A stretch of DNA of 63,971 nucleotides, the filler included, from Calcarisporiella thermophila CBS 279.70 (lineage: Eukaryota > Fungi > Calcarisporiellomycota), in assembly GCF_041956535.1 (NCBI RefSeq). It is 6 parts of 6 records of this genome, joined end to end, with 100 filler letters (N's around TTAATTAATTAA, not from the genome) between each part and the next. Parts side by side here need not be neighbours in the genome. Positions count along the whole stretch, not along the records: positions 61,856 to 63,971 come from NW_027192300.1; 5 more parts are not named here. One strand, 5' to 3'. Under the pieces are notes generated by a model. That model made no database searches, was not told where the DNA came from, and saw only the letters and a list, made by a program, of their open reading frames with translations. The translations under genes and the position numbers were made by a program. Shown here in pieces: positions 63,568-63,971 of the stretch. Positions within the stretch are counted from its first letter, which is position 1; each line of letters begins with the position of its first letter.

Positions 63568-63971
63568 ATGGAGTCGACCCGTGATATCTACCAAAGTTCT
63601 TGCAGTAATCTTTACCAAGTTAGCGCAATGTTAGAAGAAGAAACATCCCTGGACGCCATTTCTCTGAGAGACCGTAAGCGTTATATAATTGTCATCACTT
63701 TTTCCAACTTTCTACTATTCTAATATTTACTTGATATCTTTTTTCTTTATTATCTTTAACAAAGGATGCAAGGATATCATTAAAGATTATCAAGAAGCAG
63801 CCCGGATATATGGCGAATGCTTGACCACAAACATATATGGACAATCGTATCTCGATCCTGATAAATGCAAGGCTAACAATTTCGATCCAATAGAGTAAGA
63901 AAGTTGGAAGTGCGATCCTTTATATGCTAACTTGTTCTATAATAGGGCCACTAAAGAGCAACATATGAGGC
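63568..63971 (+). CDS. Hypothetical spliced gene, 3'-truncated, divergent from the VapD-like gene
   Basis: MESTRDIYQSSCSNLYQVSAMLEEETSLDAISLRD, a GTAAGC...AAAG intron, in-frame RCKDIIKDYQEAARIYGECL..., then a second GTAAGA...GCTAAC...TAG intron. Confidence 0.65.

Noticed and set aside
61856-63971. CRISPR-Cas locus around the Cas2-like gene
   Set aside because: No repeat-spacer array or other cas genes are visible, and the motifs fit VapD better than Cas2.

Overview
Intron-rich fungal genomic DNA, probably from an early-diverging lineage (Mucoromycota/Zoopagomycota-like; inferred from gene content, not proven). It is not one locus. Six contigs (1-14840, 14941-19173, 19274-29289, 29390-55463, 55564-61755, 61856-63971) are joined by artificial 100-bp N44-TTAATTAATTAA-N44 linkers, so linkage across those joins means nothing. 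Core genes: a flavodoxin-like quinone reductase, ADE4, a TBC Rab-GAP, RAD54, an RSPRY1-like E3, an ANKRD40-like protein, an Rrm4-like RRM/MLLE protein, bZIP and C2H2 transcription factors, NOP15, a class I phosphodiesterase, ILV1, an ABCB/MDR transporter and four tRNAs (His, Tyr, Ala, Phe). The most notable accessory signals are four. (1) An intact, intronless VapD/Cas2-like endoribonuclease gene lies head-to-head with an unknown spliced gene, a possible eukaryotic toxin/partner module. (2) Two stacks of different poly(A) retroelement ends each reuse one insertion site, shown by repeated 12-bp TSDs, suggesting position-specific and possibly tRNA-linked targeting. (3) A ~1.5-kb intronless fossil ORF of unknown, possibly viral, origin is split by a solo LTR whose removal restores the frame. 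(4) A bacterial-type NRPS terminal module (dual E/C-A-T-TE) carries a spliceosomal intron. All family assignments are by eye and from memory; no database searches were run.
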